Part shown: piece by piece, positions 1-10,017 of the stretch | Layout: each line of letters starts with the position of its first letter | Position numbering within the stretch: the first letter of the stretch is position 1 | Assembly (NCBI GenBank): GCA_963830915.1 | Contig: CAWHOE010000057.1 | Coordinates: 61,011-125,010, forward strand | Length of the DNA stretch: 64,000 bases | From: a candidate division FCPU426 bacterium | GTDB taxonomy: Bacteria > Oederibacteriota > Muellerivitia > Muellerivitales > Muellerivitaceae | Direction: 5' to 3' | The notes under the pieces: generated by a model | What the model saw: the letters and a program-made list of their open reading frames with translations, nothing else | Databases searched by the model: none | What the model was told of the DNA's origin: nothing | Translations under genes and position numbers: made by a program

Positions 1-2
1 CA

Positions 3-1091
3 TGTTCCAAGACCTATTACCTCGGGCCGTTAGCGACCACACCCACTCCTGTTTTTACCCCGAGTTACTCATCCACCCCTGTTTTCACCCCAACCTCCAC
101 CTGCACTGGAAGACTGGTGACGACCCTGGCGGGTCATATCGGCGCAGGCGGCGCCGTCAACGGGACCGGAACCGCCGCCTCATTCAATTATCCTCAAGGG
201 GTCGGGGTTGACACTGCCGGTAATGTTTATGTCGCGGACTCGGATAATCACATGATCCGAAAGATCGATCCTGGGGGCGTGGTGACAACCCTGGCGGGAT
301 CGGGGGCCGAGGGAAACACGAACGGGACGGGAACCGCAGCCTCATTTTATTTTCCAAGCGGAGTCGCGGCCGACCTATCCGGCAATGTTTACGTCGCGGA
401 CACTGGGAATAACCTCATCCGTGAGATCAGCCCCGGCGGCATTGTGACGACCTTGGCTGGATCTGGCGCGGAGGGCGCGGTCAATGGCACCGGAACCGCG
501 GCGAGTTTCTTCATGCCCAGGGGCGTCGCGGTCGATAGCGCGGGCAATGTCTATGTCGGGGATTCGGGCAACAATATGATCCGAAAGATCACTCCAGGGG
601 GGTTGGTCTCGACCCTGGCTGGTTCCGGATCCTATGGGAGTTCCGACGGAACAGGAACCGCCGCCTCATTTGCCTCGCCCCAAGGAATCGCGTTGGACAC
701 GGCTGGAAACATTTATGTCGCGGATACCAATGATGATCTGATCAGGTGGATCACGCCGGGTGGTGTGGTTTCGACCGCCGCGGGTTCGGCTTGGGTCGCG
801 GGATCCAACAACGGGACTGGTTCAGCGGCGACGTTCGATAATCCAACCGGGGTGGCGGTCGATGGTTCCGGGGATATTTATGTCGCGGATCTAAGCAACG
901 ACCTGATCCGGGAGATCGCTCCCGGGGGCGTGGTCACGACCCTAGCGGGTACCCTCGATGAAGCCGGATGCGTCAACGGTAATGCCGCCTGCGCTCTGTT
1001 CTATTACCCGAATGAGGTCGCGGAGGATTCAGCCGGGAACCTTTACGTCGTAGAGTCCCACAACAACATGATCCGGAAGATCTCGCCGTGA
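3..1091 (+). CDS. NHL-repeat beta-propeller lipoprotein (5' partial)
   Basis: Frame of ORF 117..1091 is open back to base 3 (C-S-K-T-Y-Y-L-G-P-L-A-T-T-P-T-P, lipoprotein-like N-terminus); repeated F..P.GVAVD..GN.YVAD..N..IRKI units. Confidence 0.9.
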   Translation, partial: CSKTYYLGPLATTPTPVFTPSYSSTPVFTPTSTCTGRLVTTLAGHIGAGGAVNGTGTAASFNYPQGVGVDTAGNVYVADSDNHMIRKIDPGGVVTTLAGSGAEGNTNGTGTAASFYFPSGVAADLSGNVYVADTGNNLIREISPGGIVTTLAGSGAEGAVNGTGTAASFFMPRGVAVDSAGNVYVGDSGNNMIRKITPGGLVSTLAGSGSYGSSDGTGTAASFASPQGIALDTAGNIYVADTNDDLIRWITPGGVVSTAAGSAWVAGSNNGTGSAATFDNPTGVAVDGSGDIYVADLSNDLIREIAPGGVVTTLAGTLDEAGCVNGNAACALFYYPNEVAEDSAGNLYVVESHNNMIRKISP

Positions 1092-1163
1092 AAACCAATT
1101 CATTGATTTGGCCGTATTTTCTGAAAGCATCCAAGCCATAAACACTGGCCTTGCTTTTTCCAT

Positions 1164-1200
1164 GGAATAAATCCCCTTTTTTGAAGTCTTATATGTAGGG
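1164..1200 (+). promoter_or_regulatory. Island motif copy 1 (GGAATAAA-N14-GTCTTAT...TAGGG), putative ECF-sigma promoter
   Basis: GGAATAAA at 1164, GTCTTAT at 1186; preceded by TTTTTCCAT. Confidence 0.7.
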
Positions 1201-1215
1201 AACCCCAGTAGCAGA

Positions 1216-1322
1216 CCCTGAAGTAGAGATGCCTTCGGCATCACACTTCAGGGCAGGGCCCTTCGCACGCTTCATGGCACGGCACTTCAGGGCAGGGCCC
1301 TTCGCACGCTTCAAGGCACGGC
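1216..1322. repeat. REP-like hairpin followed by a 39-bp tandem duplication
   Basis: CCCTGAAGT-AGA-GATGCC-TTC-GGCATC-AC-ACTTCAGGG hairpin; unit CACTTCAGGGCAGGGCCCTTCGCACGCTTCA(T/A)GGCACGG occurs twice (1244, 1283). Confidence 0.75.
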
Positions 1323-1368
1323 GCTAAGGGGTGGCACGAGTGACCGATCGAGTGGAAAGACAAGTCGA

Positions 1369-2983
1369 ATGTTTCAACCTTTATCCAAAACCATATTGTT
1401 TGGGTTCATATGCCTGGGGTTCTTTTTTGCGGCCAATCCCATGATGTCCCAGCCTATTTGCGGGTCCCTTGTGAACGAAACGATCAATTGGACACCGATC
1501 GCATCTCTCCCCTCGGCCCGTTTCTGGTCGGCCACGGCCCGTCCTGAATGGACTGATCTATGAAATCGGCGGCGAGGAATCCTACGCGACCACGGACGTG
1601 GATGTTTACAATCCCGTTTCAAACACCTGGTCGCCCTTGGCACCCTTGCCTGTCGCCACTTGGCTCATGGGGGCGGATGTGATCGATGGAATTATTTATG
1701 TGGCCGGGGGGTATGACTATTATGGTGAGGTCAATACCCTTTACGCTTATAACCCTTCCACCAATACCTGGTCCACCCTTGCCCCCTTGCCTATTCCGCT
1801 GGTGGAAGAAGGGGTCGTCGCGATCAACGGGATCCTTTATGCCGTGGGAGGAGCGGTGGGAAGCGGGGCGCCGCCCACACCCGTTAATACCCTCTATGCC
1901 TATAACCCCGCGACCAATACCTGGGCCACTCTGGCACCCATGCCAGCCGCTCTAACATTTATGACGGTGTGCTCGTACAACGGGCTTCTTTACGCCGCGG
2001 GTGGTTATGGCGTCGTCGGAGCGAGCGAGAAAGATGTGAATACTTTCGAGTCTTACGATCCCGCCACCAATACTTGGACGGCACTGGCCCCCATGAATAT
2101 CAGCTGTTCGAATTTCGCCCTCCAGGAGGTCAATGGGATCCTTTACGCCGTGGGGGGCTTGATCAACACCGTTCCGGGGGTCATCGCCAGCGTAGAGGCC
2201 TACGATCCAACCGCCAATACCTGGACCAACCTATCGAATCCCTATCCCATCGTCCTCCAGGGAATGGGGGACGTGGTGGTCAACGGGTCGATGTATGTGA
2301 TCGGCGGATATTCGGACAGCGCGACCCTCGATGCCCCGACCAGCGTCTGTTACATGATGTCCATTGTTTGCAATACGAGCCCGACCCCTACTATCACCGT
2401 TTCTCCCACGTCCTCCCTTACCCCGACGGTTTCGATGACGCCTAGCGCGACAGCCTCCCAGACCAATACGTCAACATCAACAGCGACTGGGACATCGTCC
2501 CTCTCCGCTACGCCTTCCGCTACGCCAACGATTACTTTAACACCCACGAATACGATGACGCCTACGGCATCCCTTACCGCTACTCCTTCCCCTACGGGGA
2601 CAAGTTCGGCAACGCCAACGACGACTTCCACTTCCACCTTCACGACTACCATCACCTGGACATCGACACCCACATTCACACCCACCATAACCTTGACCCC
2701 GACGCCCACCCCGGTCCCGTTGAATATTTGGCCCAATCCCTTCAACCTGAACTCCGCGGTGGGCGGGGTCTTGAAAGCCCACCTGGCGCCTCCTGGCTCT
2801 TACATGGAGATCTTCACGGTTTCAGGGGAGATGGTGAATCGAATGAGCGAAATGAACGGAACGATCCTTTGGGATGGGCGCAACCGTTATGGCCGCGTGG
2901 TTTCCAACGGCATCTATTTTTACGTGGTCATGAGCGGGCAAAATGTATTAACGAAGGGGAAACTTCTGGTCCAAACGAATTAA
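1369..2983 (+). CDS. Secreted Kelch-repeat protein with Thr/Pro linker and C-terminal FlgD/T9SS-CTD-like domain (one frameshift near 1540)
   Basis: Signal peptide in ORF 1369; removing one C at 1538-1540 gives SATAVLNGLIYEIGG, joining ORF 1598..2983; Kelch GG..Y.P.TNTW repeats; C-terminal IWPNPF...WDGRN...NGIYF. Confidence 0.85.
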
Positions 2984-3110
2984 TGCGCCTTTTGTCCGTT
3001 TCAATGGGGAACTTCAACCTGGACCCTTTGTCCTGAAGCGCCTTCATCGTTGGCGCGGTGGACTTTCCCCACAAACACCCAGTCAATCAACACCCGCCTT
3101 CTTTTTCCAC

Positions 3111-3147
3111 GGAATAAATCCCCCTTTTTAGAGTCTAATCATTAGGG
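3111..3147 (+). promoter_or_regulatory. Island motif copy 2
   Basis: GGAATAAA 3111, N14, GTCTAAT 3133, TAGGG; upstream CACCCGCC..TTTTTCCAC. Confidence 0.7.
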
Positions 3148-3241
3148 ATCCAAATTCCCGCTTCGCGATGTGGGTCCAATCAGATTAAGCAATATTTAGT
3201 GATAAAATAAAGGGAGTTTTCGACTTCCGTAACGAAATTGG

Positions 3242-5755
3242 ATGAACCCAATGAAACCCAAATTATATTTGGCCTTGATATTTTTTCTGGCCCTCCCTTT
3301 TTTCTTGTCCGGTTTCGGACCATCAAGGAAAAGCCCCTCCATTACCGCTCCCAATTCCCGACTTCATCTCGATTCAAAATACGGTCAACTGCCTTTGGCC
3401 TTCGAGCCCAACCTGGGCCAAACCGATACCTCCGTGAGGTTTACCGCCCGGGGAAAGGGCTACGCCTTGTATCTGACCCCCGCTGAAGTTGTCTTGAGGT
3501 TGAAGAGACCGCCCGCGAAAATATTGAAGGTTGGAACGCCCAAAAATACGAATATCCAACTTGAATCATCCGGGTCCGATATTGTTCGTATTCGCCTGGA
3601 GGGGGGGAACCGCTTGTGCCGTATGGAAGGGCAGGGAAAATTGGCCAGCATGTCCAATTATTTTGTCGGCCCGGACCCAGAAAAGTGGCGCAAGGGTGTG
3701 GCACAGTACGCCCAAGTCAAAATGGAAGAAGTCTATCCGGGCATCGACATGGTTTATTACGGCGACCAGGGGAGATTGGAATATGACTTCGTGGTTAAGC
3801 CTGGTGCCGATCCCCAAAAAATACGCCTGAGAGTTTCCGGTACCAACGATATAAGGATCGAGTCGAACGGTTATTTGGCCCTTCGAACTAAGCACGGGAA
3901 TCTCGATTTCCACGCGCCGGTCCTTTACCAGGGGGATGGAAACCGTAAAACAATCATCCAGGGATGTTTCGAGAAATGCGGCAAGCATGAAGTGGGTTTC
4001 GCGGTGAAAGGATATGACGCGTCAAAACCTCTCGTGATCGATCCGCCCCTGGTTTACTCCACTTACCTGGGAGGGACCAATTTGGAACAGGCCAACGGCA
4101 TCGCGGTGGATGGGTCCGGGTTCGCCTATGTGACGGGATATACCCAGAGCCTGGACTTTCCGACAACCGGCGGGGCTTACCAGACGGCCTTTGACGGGAC
4201 TACTAACGATACCTTTGTCACGAAAGTGAACCAAGCGGGCACGGCCCTGGTTTATTCCACCTACCTGGGGGGAAGCGGGAACGACTGCGGCAATAGCATA
4301 GCGGTGGATGGGGCCGGGGAAGCCTATGTGACTGGCTGGACTCACGGGTCTTTTCCCACGACCCCCGGGGCTTACCAGACGGTTTATGGGGGGGGCCAGG
4401 ACTCGTTCATCACGAAACTGAACGCCTCCGGAAGCGCGCTGGTTTACTCAACTTATTTGGGAGGAGCGGGCCAGGATATCGGATACGGTATCGCTTTGGA
4501 CGGGGCCGGCAACGCTTATGTGACAGGGATAACCAGCGGGTCTTTTCCCACGACCCCCGGGGCTTACCAGACGGTTTATGGGGGGTTGGGAGACGCCTTC
4601 ATCACGAAAATGAACGCCGCGGGAAGCGCTTTGATCTATTCCACCTACCTGGGGGGGAGTGGGGCCGAAACGAATACAAGTTTAGCGGTGGATGGGTCCG
4701 GAAACGTCTATGTGACGGGATCAACAACCGGGTTTTTCCCAACGACCGCCGGTGCCTACCAGACGGTAGTTGGCGCAACTGGATCTCTTTTCATCACCAA
4801 GTTGAATAGCGCGGGTACGGCGCTGGTTTACTCAACCTACCTGGGGGGGAGCTCCATGATTGTCACGAGTTTTGACAACGGCATCGCGGTAGATGGGGCA
4901 GGAAACGCCTATGTGACCGGTACTGTTTTTGGAAGTTTTCCGACTACCCCGGGAGCCTTTCAAACCTTTTTCGGAGGTGGTACGGACGATGTTTTCGTAA
5001 CCAAACTCAATTCTTCCGGAGGCGCTTTGGCCTATTCCACCTATCTGGGAGGATCGGATTTTGACATAGCCGCTGGGATCTCGGTGGATGGGGCTGGAAA
5101 CTGTTTTGTAACGGGTTGGACTAGGAGCTTTAATTTTCCAACCACTGCCGGAGCTTTCCAACCAACACCACCTGGCGGGGCCTATGATGGCTTCGTGACA
5201 GAACTGAACGACGCCGGGAACGCGTTGGTTTACTCTACTTATTTGGGGGGGAATAGTTCGGACAGGGTCCTCGGCATCGCTTTGGATAACATGGGTAGCT
5301 TTTACGTGACTGGGGCGACGAACAGCACGAATTTTCCGACAACCGCGGGAGCCCCCCAGACGATGTTCGATGGGGGAATTACGGACGCATTCGTGGCAAA
5401 GTTCGGCCTATTCGTCCTGACGGCCACCCCAACCCCGACCAATACTTCCACTTCAACCTGCCAAGCCACTCTTAATGTTTCGCAGAACCTCTTTCGCCTC
5501 CAGGCTGGTGGCCAGGCGGCTTTGACCTTGGTCGGCACGCTATGCAGCCCCGGAAATTGCTCCGTGAAGATCTATAACAGCGCCGGGGAGCATATCCAGA
5601 CCCTGGTCGATCATCCCCATCAACCAGCGGGAAGCTTTCAAACGACCTGGGATGGTAAAAATAAAAACGGCGCCCAGGTGGCCAGCGGGGTTTATATCCT
5701 GCGCATGGTGGAACCCTTGGGCATTCTTCAGGCCCGTGTAGCGGTGATCCATTGA
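3242..5755 (+). CDS. Secreted SBBP beta-propeller repeat protein with C-terminal FlgD-like domain
   Basis: LPLAFEPNLGQ N-domain, repeated LVYSTYLGG..GIAVD..GNAYVTG.T...FPTT units, C-terminal IYNSAGE...WDGKN...SGVYI. Confidence 0.9.
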   Translation: MNPMKPKLYLALIFFLALPFFLSGFGPSRKSPSITAPNSRLHLDSKYGQLPLAFEPNLGQTDTSVRFTARGKGYALYLTPAEVVLRLKRPPAKILKVGTPKNTNIQLESSGSDIVRIRLEGGNRLCRMEGQGKLASMSNYFVGPDPEKWRKGVAQYAQVKMEEVYPGIDMVYYGDQGRLEYDFVVKPGADPQKIRLRVSGTNDIRIESNGYLALRTKHGNLDFHAPVLYQGDGNRKTIIQGCFEKCGKHEVGFAVKGYDASKPLVIDPPLVYSTYLGGTNLEQANGIAVDGSGFAYVTGYTQSLDFPTTGGAYQTAFDGTTNDTFVTKVNQAGTALVYSTYLGGSGNDCGNSIAVDGAGEAYVTGWTHGSFPTTPGAYQTVYGGGQDSFITKLNASGSALVYSTYLGGAGQDIGYGIALDGAGNAYVTGITSGSFPTTPGAYQTVYGGLGDAFITKMNAAGSALIYSTYLGGSGAETNTSLAVDGSGNVYVTGSTTGFFPTTAGAYQTVVGATGSLFITKLNSAGTALVYSTYLGGSSMIVTSFDNGIAVDGAGNAYVTGTVFGSFPTTPGAFQTFFGGGTDDVFVTKLNSSGGALAYSTYLGGSDFDIAAGISVDGAGNCFVTGWTRSFNFPTTAGAFQPTPPGGAYDGFVTELNDAGNALVYSTYLGGNSSDRVLGIALDNMGSFYVTGATNSTNFPTTAGAPQTMFDGGITDAFVAKFGLFVLTATPTPTNTSTSTCQATLNVSQNLFRLQAGGQAALTLVGTLCSPGNCSVKIYNSAGEHIQTLVDHPHQPAGSFQTTWDGKNKNGAQVASGVYILRMVEPLGILQARVAVIH

Positions 5756-5956
5756 GCTGGTATAGGACTTGGAATCTTCCGGACCGCAGCGATGGGCAGG
5801 GCTTCGATGAACTCAGGGCAAGTGTATTGAACAAAAAAATAAAAAAGAATTCGCGGGTAATTCATAGGAAATAATCGCTGCTTTTCAAATAGGGCGCCTA
5901 TTACGACCGTCTTATAATGTTCCTGTTATTAAAACCGTTATATAAGGAGTCGAACT

Positions 5957-7105
5957 ATGAGAAACAGTCTTTTGTACCTGTCCTGCTTTTTCCTGTTCCT
6001 GCCTTTGACCCTCCAAGCTTATACGGCCGCCGATTATTACAAACCGGCCGTCCAATACTACCAACAAGGTCTGTACGATAAGGCTATCCAGGAATGCCAA
6101 TACGCCCTCCAGATGGACCCCAACTATTGGCAGGCCTATCAACTGATGGGTTACTGTTATTTCAAACAAAAAGATAATGACCGCTCGATCCAAAACATCG
6201 ACTTGAGCCTAAAACTTCATCCTGATAATCCCGTCCTCTATCAATTCGAGGTAAGTGTCAAAGCCCAGGTCGCGAGCACCCCGACGGCTGTGCCCCAAAC
6301 GGCGGCTGGTAATGAATTGCCGATCTCCCCGGACTCATCCACCGGTTCAGTGCCGCTACCCACCAACACAAGTCAGCAAGCCCAGACCAATCCGGCCCCC
6401 GAAGCCTCTAACGCCCCGCCTTTGCCCAGCAACCTCGCCCAGTCCCCTCAAGGGGAAGCCGGTGTAAATCCCAATCTTCCCAAAAAAGGGGAGATCGTTT
6501 TTGAAATTGGGGATTCGGATTGGATCGGCGGTTGGACCGACATTTCGAACCTGTTCGGGACCGGCGTCGATTCCACCCAGAACCCAATCGGCGTGAAGAT
6601 CAGCGCGGGCGCGGCCTACGCCATATCGCCCAATTTCCAAATAGGCGCGAAGATCCAATACATGCTCAAGCAACCCATGAGCGTCACGGACGAGGTTATG
6701 GCTTACACTTTCAGCGAGAACGCCATGGGTGGCGCGCTCGAGGCTGAAGCCGTATTCCCGATTAAGGACGGCATCAATTTCATCGGCGGGCTGGAAGGCG
6801 GGTTTTATACGTTGGTGGGCTCGTCCATATCCGGGACGGGAGTGGTCCAGGGGTGGGGAAATATCAACGCCTCCTCGCCTGGAGGGATGGTTACCGCGGG
6901 GGTCGAGTTATTGATGAACCAACAGAAAAGTTGGGCGTTGGATCTGGGGGTGGACTACCAGTTCTTATCATTCTCTCCCATCACTGGAATACCTACAGTC
7001 AACGGCCAAAGTTATTCCTCCGTGACGCTCAAGAACGCCGATGGTTCTAACGCTTCTTTTGATTTTTCAGGCCCAGGCCTTTTCATCGCGGCTAGATTCT
7101 TTTGA
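5957..7105 (+). CDS. TPR plus outer-membrane beta-barrel protein
   Basis: Signal peptide, TPR helices (YDKAIQEC..ALQMDPNY), Pro-rich linker, amphipathic strands ending in aromatic ARFF; SD AAGGAG. Confidence 0.75.
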   Translation: MRNSLLYLSCFFLFLPLTLQAYTAADYYKPAVQYYQQGLYDKAIQECQYALQMDPNYWQAYQLMGYCYFKQKDNDRSIQNIDLSLKLHPDNPVLYQFEVSVKAQVASTPTAVPQTAAGNELPISPDSSTGSVPLPTNTSQQAQTNPAPEASNAPPLPSNLAQSPQGEAGVNPNLPKKGEIVFEIGDSDWIGGWTDISNLFGTGVDSTQNPIGVKISAGAAYAISPNFQIGAKIQYMLKQPMSVTDEVMAYTFSENAMGGALEAEAVFPIKDGINFIGGLEGGFYTLVGSSISGTGVVQGWGNINASSPGGMVTAGVELLMNQQKSWALDLGVDYQFLSFSPITGIPTVNGQSYSSVTLKNADGSNASFDFSGPGLFIAARFF

Positions 7106-7162
7106 TCCGTCTTTTTTGACGCATTAACTTAGTCCACGAAAGCTGTGCCCTATGGAGGCAAT

Positions 7163-7462
7163 ATGTTGGGAAACCCTGTGATCGCTGGGATTTTGTCGCT
7201 TGTTGTCCCCGGTTTAGGACAGATCTATAAAGGCCGGCCCTTGGAAGGCGCGGCCATTCTCGCCGCCGCGATCGTGATAGGGAACCTGAACATCATCATC
7301 TTGCCCTTGATCGCCATGGCGAATAAGGAAACCCCTCCCCGTAAGAAGACCCCGCGGGCCATTTGGGCCTATTGGATACCGAGGGTAGTCCATGATGTTT
7401 TATCCTTTTGGAGCATCGTATTCTGGATTTGGGTGGTCTTTGACGCTGTTTTCACTCCATGA
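7163..7462 (+). CDS. Small membrane protein
   Basis: NPVIAGILSLVVPGLGQIYKG motif, hydrophobic segments; GGAGG SD before ATG 7163. Confidence 0.7.
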   Translation: MLGNPVIAGILSLVVPGLGQIYKGRPLEGAAILAAAIVIGNLNIIILPLIAMANKETPPRKKTPRAIWAYWIPRVVHDVLSFWSIVFWIWVVFDAVFTP

Positions 7463-7680
7463 CGCATCGTTAATTTGAAATTGAGGAATGTATAAACTAT
7501 TTTTATCGATCTTTTTCATCGGCGGGTTGGGGCCGGGCTCATGGCCCAACATGACGAACGCCACGAAAATAACCTGGTGGGGATCACTCTGGCCGAGGGA
7601 TTGCGTATTTGAACCTTGATCAATGACCAGGCACTTGATCATCCGCCTTCATATTTTGCGTGGCTGTTTTTTACGGAAAC

Positions 7681-7740
7681 ACCTGATCCATTGCCACCCG
7701 CCAATTTTTTCCACGGAATAAATCCTTCTATAAATAGGGA
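7681..7740 (+). promoter_or_regulatory. Island motif copy 3, with the spacer/-10 part collapsed
   Basis: ACCTGATCCATT..CCGCC..TTTTCCAC-GGAATAAA (7715), then only TCCTTCTATAAATAGGG. Confidence 0.6.
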
Positions 7741-7830
7741 ACCGTATACAGAAGGCTCGGTTAAAATGCCGGCACACTTTTGGCTTTAAACGTGTTAATT
7801 TCGTTCGTCAATAAATGCCTGGGGGAATCG

Positions 7831-8513
7831 ATGCATCCTAACGACAAATTTCTTGCCCGTCTTATCGCCGCGCTTTTCGTGCTCACCATGGTCATGGGAA
7901 TGATCGACGCTTACGTCGCGGCTCCCATATTGCAGGGACCGCTGGAAGCTATTCACGAGAGGGGCTCGGCCGTCCTTTTGGGCGGACTGATGCGCCTGTT
8001 CATGGCCATTGGCGTGGTGGGTATCGCCCTCGCCTTTATGCCAGTGGTCCGCAGGTACAACGAAACCATCGCCTTTTCTTACGTGGCCTTCCGAACGATC
8101 GAGGGCGCGCTACTTGCTCTTGGGGTCTGTGGACACGTTTCTTGATCGGCTTAAGCCGCCGATACACCGGCGCGCCTGGGGATGGGGTATACCTCGCCAT
8201 GGCGGAAGGGGCCAACAGTTTCACCCGCACCACCTACCAAATGGCGATGGTCATTCTTGGAATTGGCAGTGTTTTACTTTGCTGGTCGCTCTTTCGAAGC
8301 AGGCTCATTCCCGCTTGGATCGCGGGTCTTGGCATCGTGGGTTATGTTTTGCTGTTCTCGAGCGCCGTATTGGATCTCCTGGGGATCGTGGACACGCTCA
8401 ACGGAGCTGGCGCGATGATGTATGTCCCGGGCGGGATCTTCGAGCTCTTCGTCCTGCCTATGTGGTTGTGGTTCTGGGGTTTCAATACCGCGTCGGTTAA
8501 GAAAGCCACCTAA
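7831..8513 (+). CDS. DUF4386-like membrane protein (frameshift near 8140; pseudogene or assembly error)
   Basis: Two abutting hydrophobic ORFs (..YVAFRTIEG.. and ..FRSRLIPAWIAGLG..PGGIFEL..) join by adding one T at 8138-8140. Confidence 0.7.
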
Positions 8514-8590
8514 AACGCTATTACCAATTTCCAGGAATATAAAAAAGGGGGACGAGCTTGAGTTCCCTCGTGAAAAGGGCCCTGCCTCAA

Positions 8591-8661
8591 AACCTGATCC
8601 ATTAACCCTCGCCCTTCTTTTCCACGGAATAAATCACCCTTTTGAAGTCATATAGATAGGG
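8591..8661 (+). promoter_or_regulatory. Island motif copy 4
   Basis: AACCTGATCCATTAAC..GCC..TTTTCCAC-GGAATAAA (8626)-N13-GTCATAT (8647)-AGATAGGG. Confidence 0.7.
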
Positions 8662-8841
8662 TATCCGTCCGTCAGATGCTCGGTATTCGCATCCCGTATC
8701 AAGATCAAGAGTTACCCTGGACGATCCAGGGACTGAAGAAAGGTATAATTTTCCTCAATATCCGAAGAAAGTTTGGATTAAATAGGCCCTTATCCGTCTA
8801 GAGTTTGAACAAGGTGAGACAATGTAGTGAAGGCTCTAGAT

Positions 8842-10005
8842 ATGAATCGTAAACCTATATCAAAATCTGTTTTATTCACGGCCTTGTATAGCCTTTTGCT
8901 TGGCTGCTTTTGCCTGCATGGTCTTGGCTGCTCTAAAATCCCACCCACCACTCCACCTAGACCTTCGATCATTGATACTTTTACCTTCAGTCCCACCATG
9001 ACTTTGACCAATACTCCTATTAACACATCAACGATCACACCAACGGCTACTTCAACCATAACAAAAACTTTTACCGCCATTAATACCGTCATTTTTACTT
9101 CAACTTCTTCCAACACACCCAGCGGTCCGATCGCTACACCCAGTCCGACCATGTCCTATACCCCCACGAACACCGCTACTTCCATCGCGACCGCTTTGGA
9201 TACGGCCCCCGCGCTCAATCTAAGTTCCGGGGTCACGACACTGACCACGGGCATTTACTATTTCAGCTGTGTTCACATCAGCGCCGGGGCGGTGGTGACC
9301 ATCTCAGGCGGGGTGACCATCATGACCGAATGTTTCACACTGGACGCAGGGGCTACGATCACGGGGATCGGAAATGGCTATCAACCGAATGGTCCTACTT
9401 ATGGACCTGGAGAAGGTGAAGCGGTTTTCATGTTCGCTACTTGGCCCATCAGTGGCGGCGCGGGCCACGGGGGAGCGGGCGCGACCGATCACGACTTTAA
9501 TTGTATGCTGGCTTCCGGCGGTCCCGCGAACGATGACCCAGTCCATCCATCACAGATGGGGAGCGCGTCTTTACCCGATTGCTTTGGGTCAACCACAGGC
9601 GGCGGTGGCGCCTTGTTGCAAATCGTTGTCTATAATCCTACGGCCAATATTTTGTCCGGTCCGGCCACCATTAACGGAACGATCGATATGAGTGGGTTGC
9701 AAGGTGGCTGTCCGGTCGATGGAGCACAAGGCGGAGGAGCTGGTGGAACAATTTTAATTGAAGCCAACATTATTTCTGGGGGCGGGGTATTAAACGCGAA
9801 TGGCGCGAAATCCGCAGGCGGTTCGGGAGGAGGCGGCGGTGGCGGTATTATTTCGCTGATCGAAAATGAAACATCTTTTCCGGGAACCATTTCGGTGGCG
9901 GGAGGGGACGGCGAGGGAAATCATACCTCAGGATGCATTCCACCTTCAAATTTAGGATCTAATGGCATTGTGACCTTCACGGCGGCTCCCACTAGCGGAT
10001 ATTAA
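8842..10005 (+). CDS. Glycine-rich-domain lipoprotein, paralogue 1
   Basis: LGC lipobox, Thr/Pro stalk, core ALDTAPALNLSSGVTTLTTGIYYFSCVHI, GGAGHGG/GGGAGG/GGGGGII motifs; ATG 8842 matches paralogue starts. Confidence 0.85.
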   Translation: MNRKPISKSVLFTALYSLLLGCFCLHGLGCSKIPPTTPPRPSIIDTFTFSPTMTLTNTPINTSTITPTATSTITKTFTAINTVIFTSTSSNTPSGPIATPSPTMSYTPTNTATSIATALDTAPALNLSSGVTTLTTGIYYFSCVHISAGAVVTISGGVTIMTECFTLDAGATITGIGNGYQPNGPTYGPGEGEAVFMFATWPISGGAGHGGAGATDHDFNCMLASGGPANDDPVHPSQMGSASLPDCFGSTTGGGGALLQIVVYNPTANILSGPATINGTIDMSGLQGGCPVDGAQGGGAGGTILIEANIISGGGVLNANGAKSAGGSGGGGGGGIISLIENETSFPGTISVAGGDGEGNHTSGCIPPSNLGSNGIVTFTAAPTSGY

Positions 10006-10017
10006 AGAGGCTCTCGT

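Noticed and set aside
1244..1322. 39-bp direct repeat as a CRISPR array
   Set aside because: Only two abutting copies, no spacers and no cas genes in the window.
4345..4586. Near-identical ~48-nt repeats in the SBBP gene as a separate element
   Set aside because: They encode neighbouring propeller repeats (GSFPTTPGAYQTVYGG); ordinary intragenic duplication.
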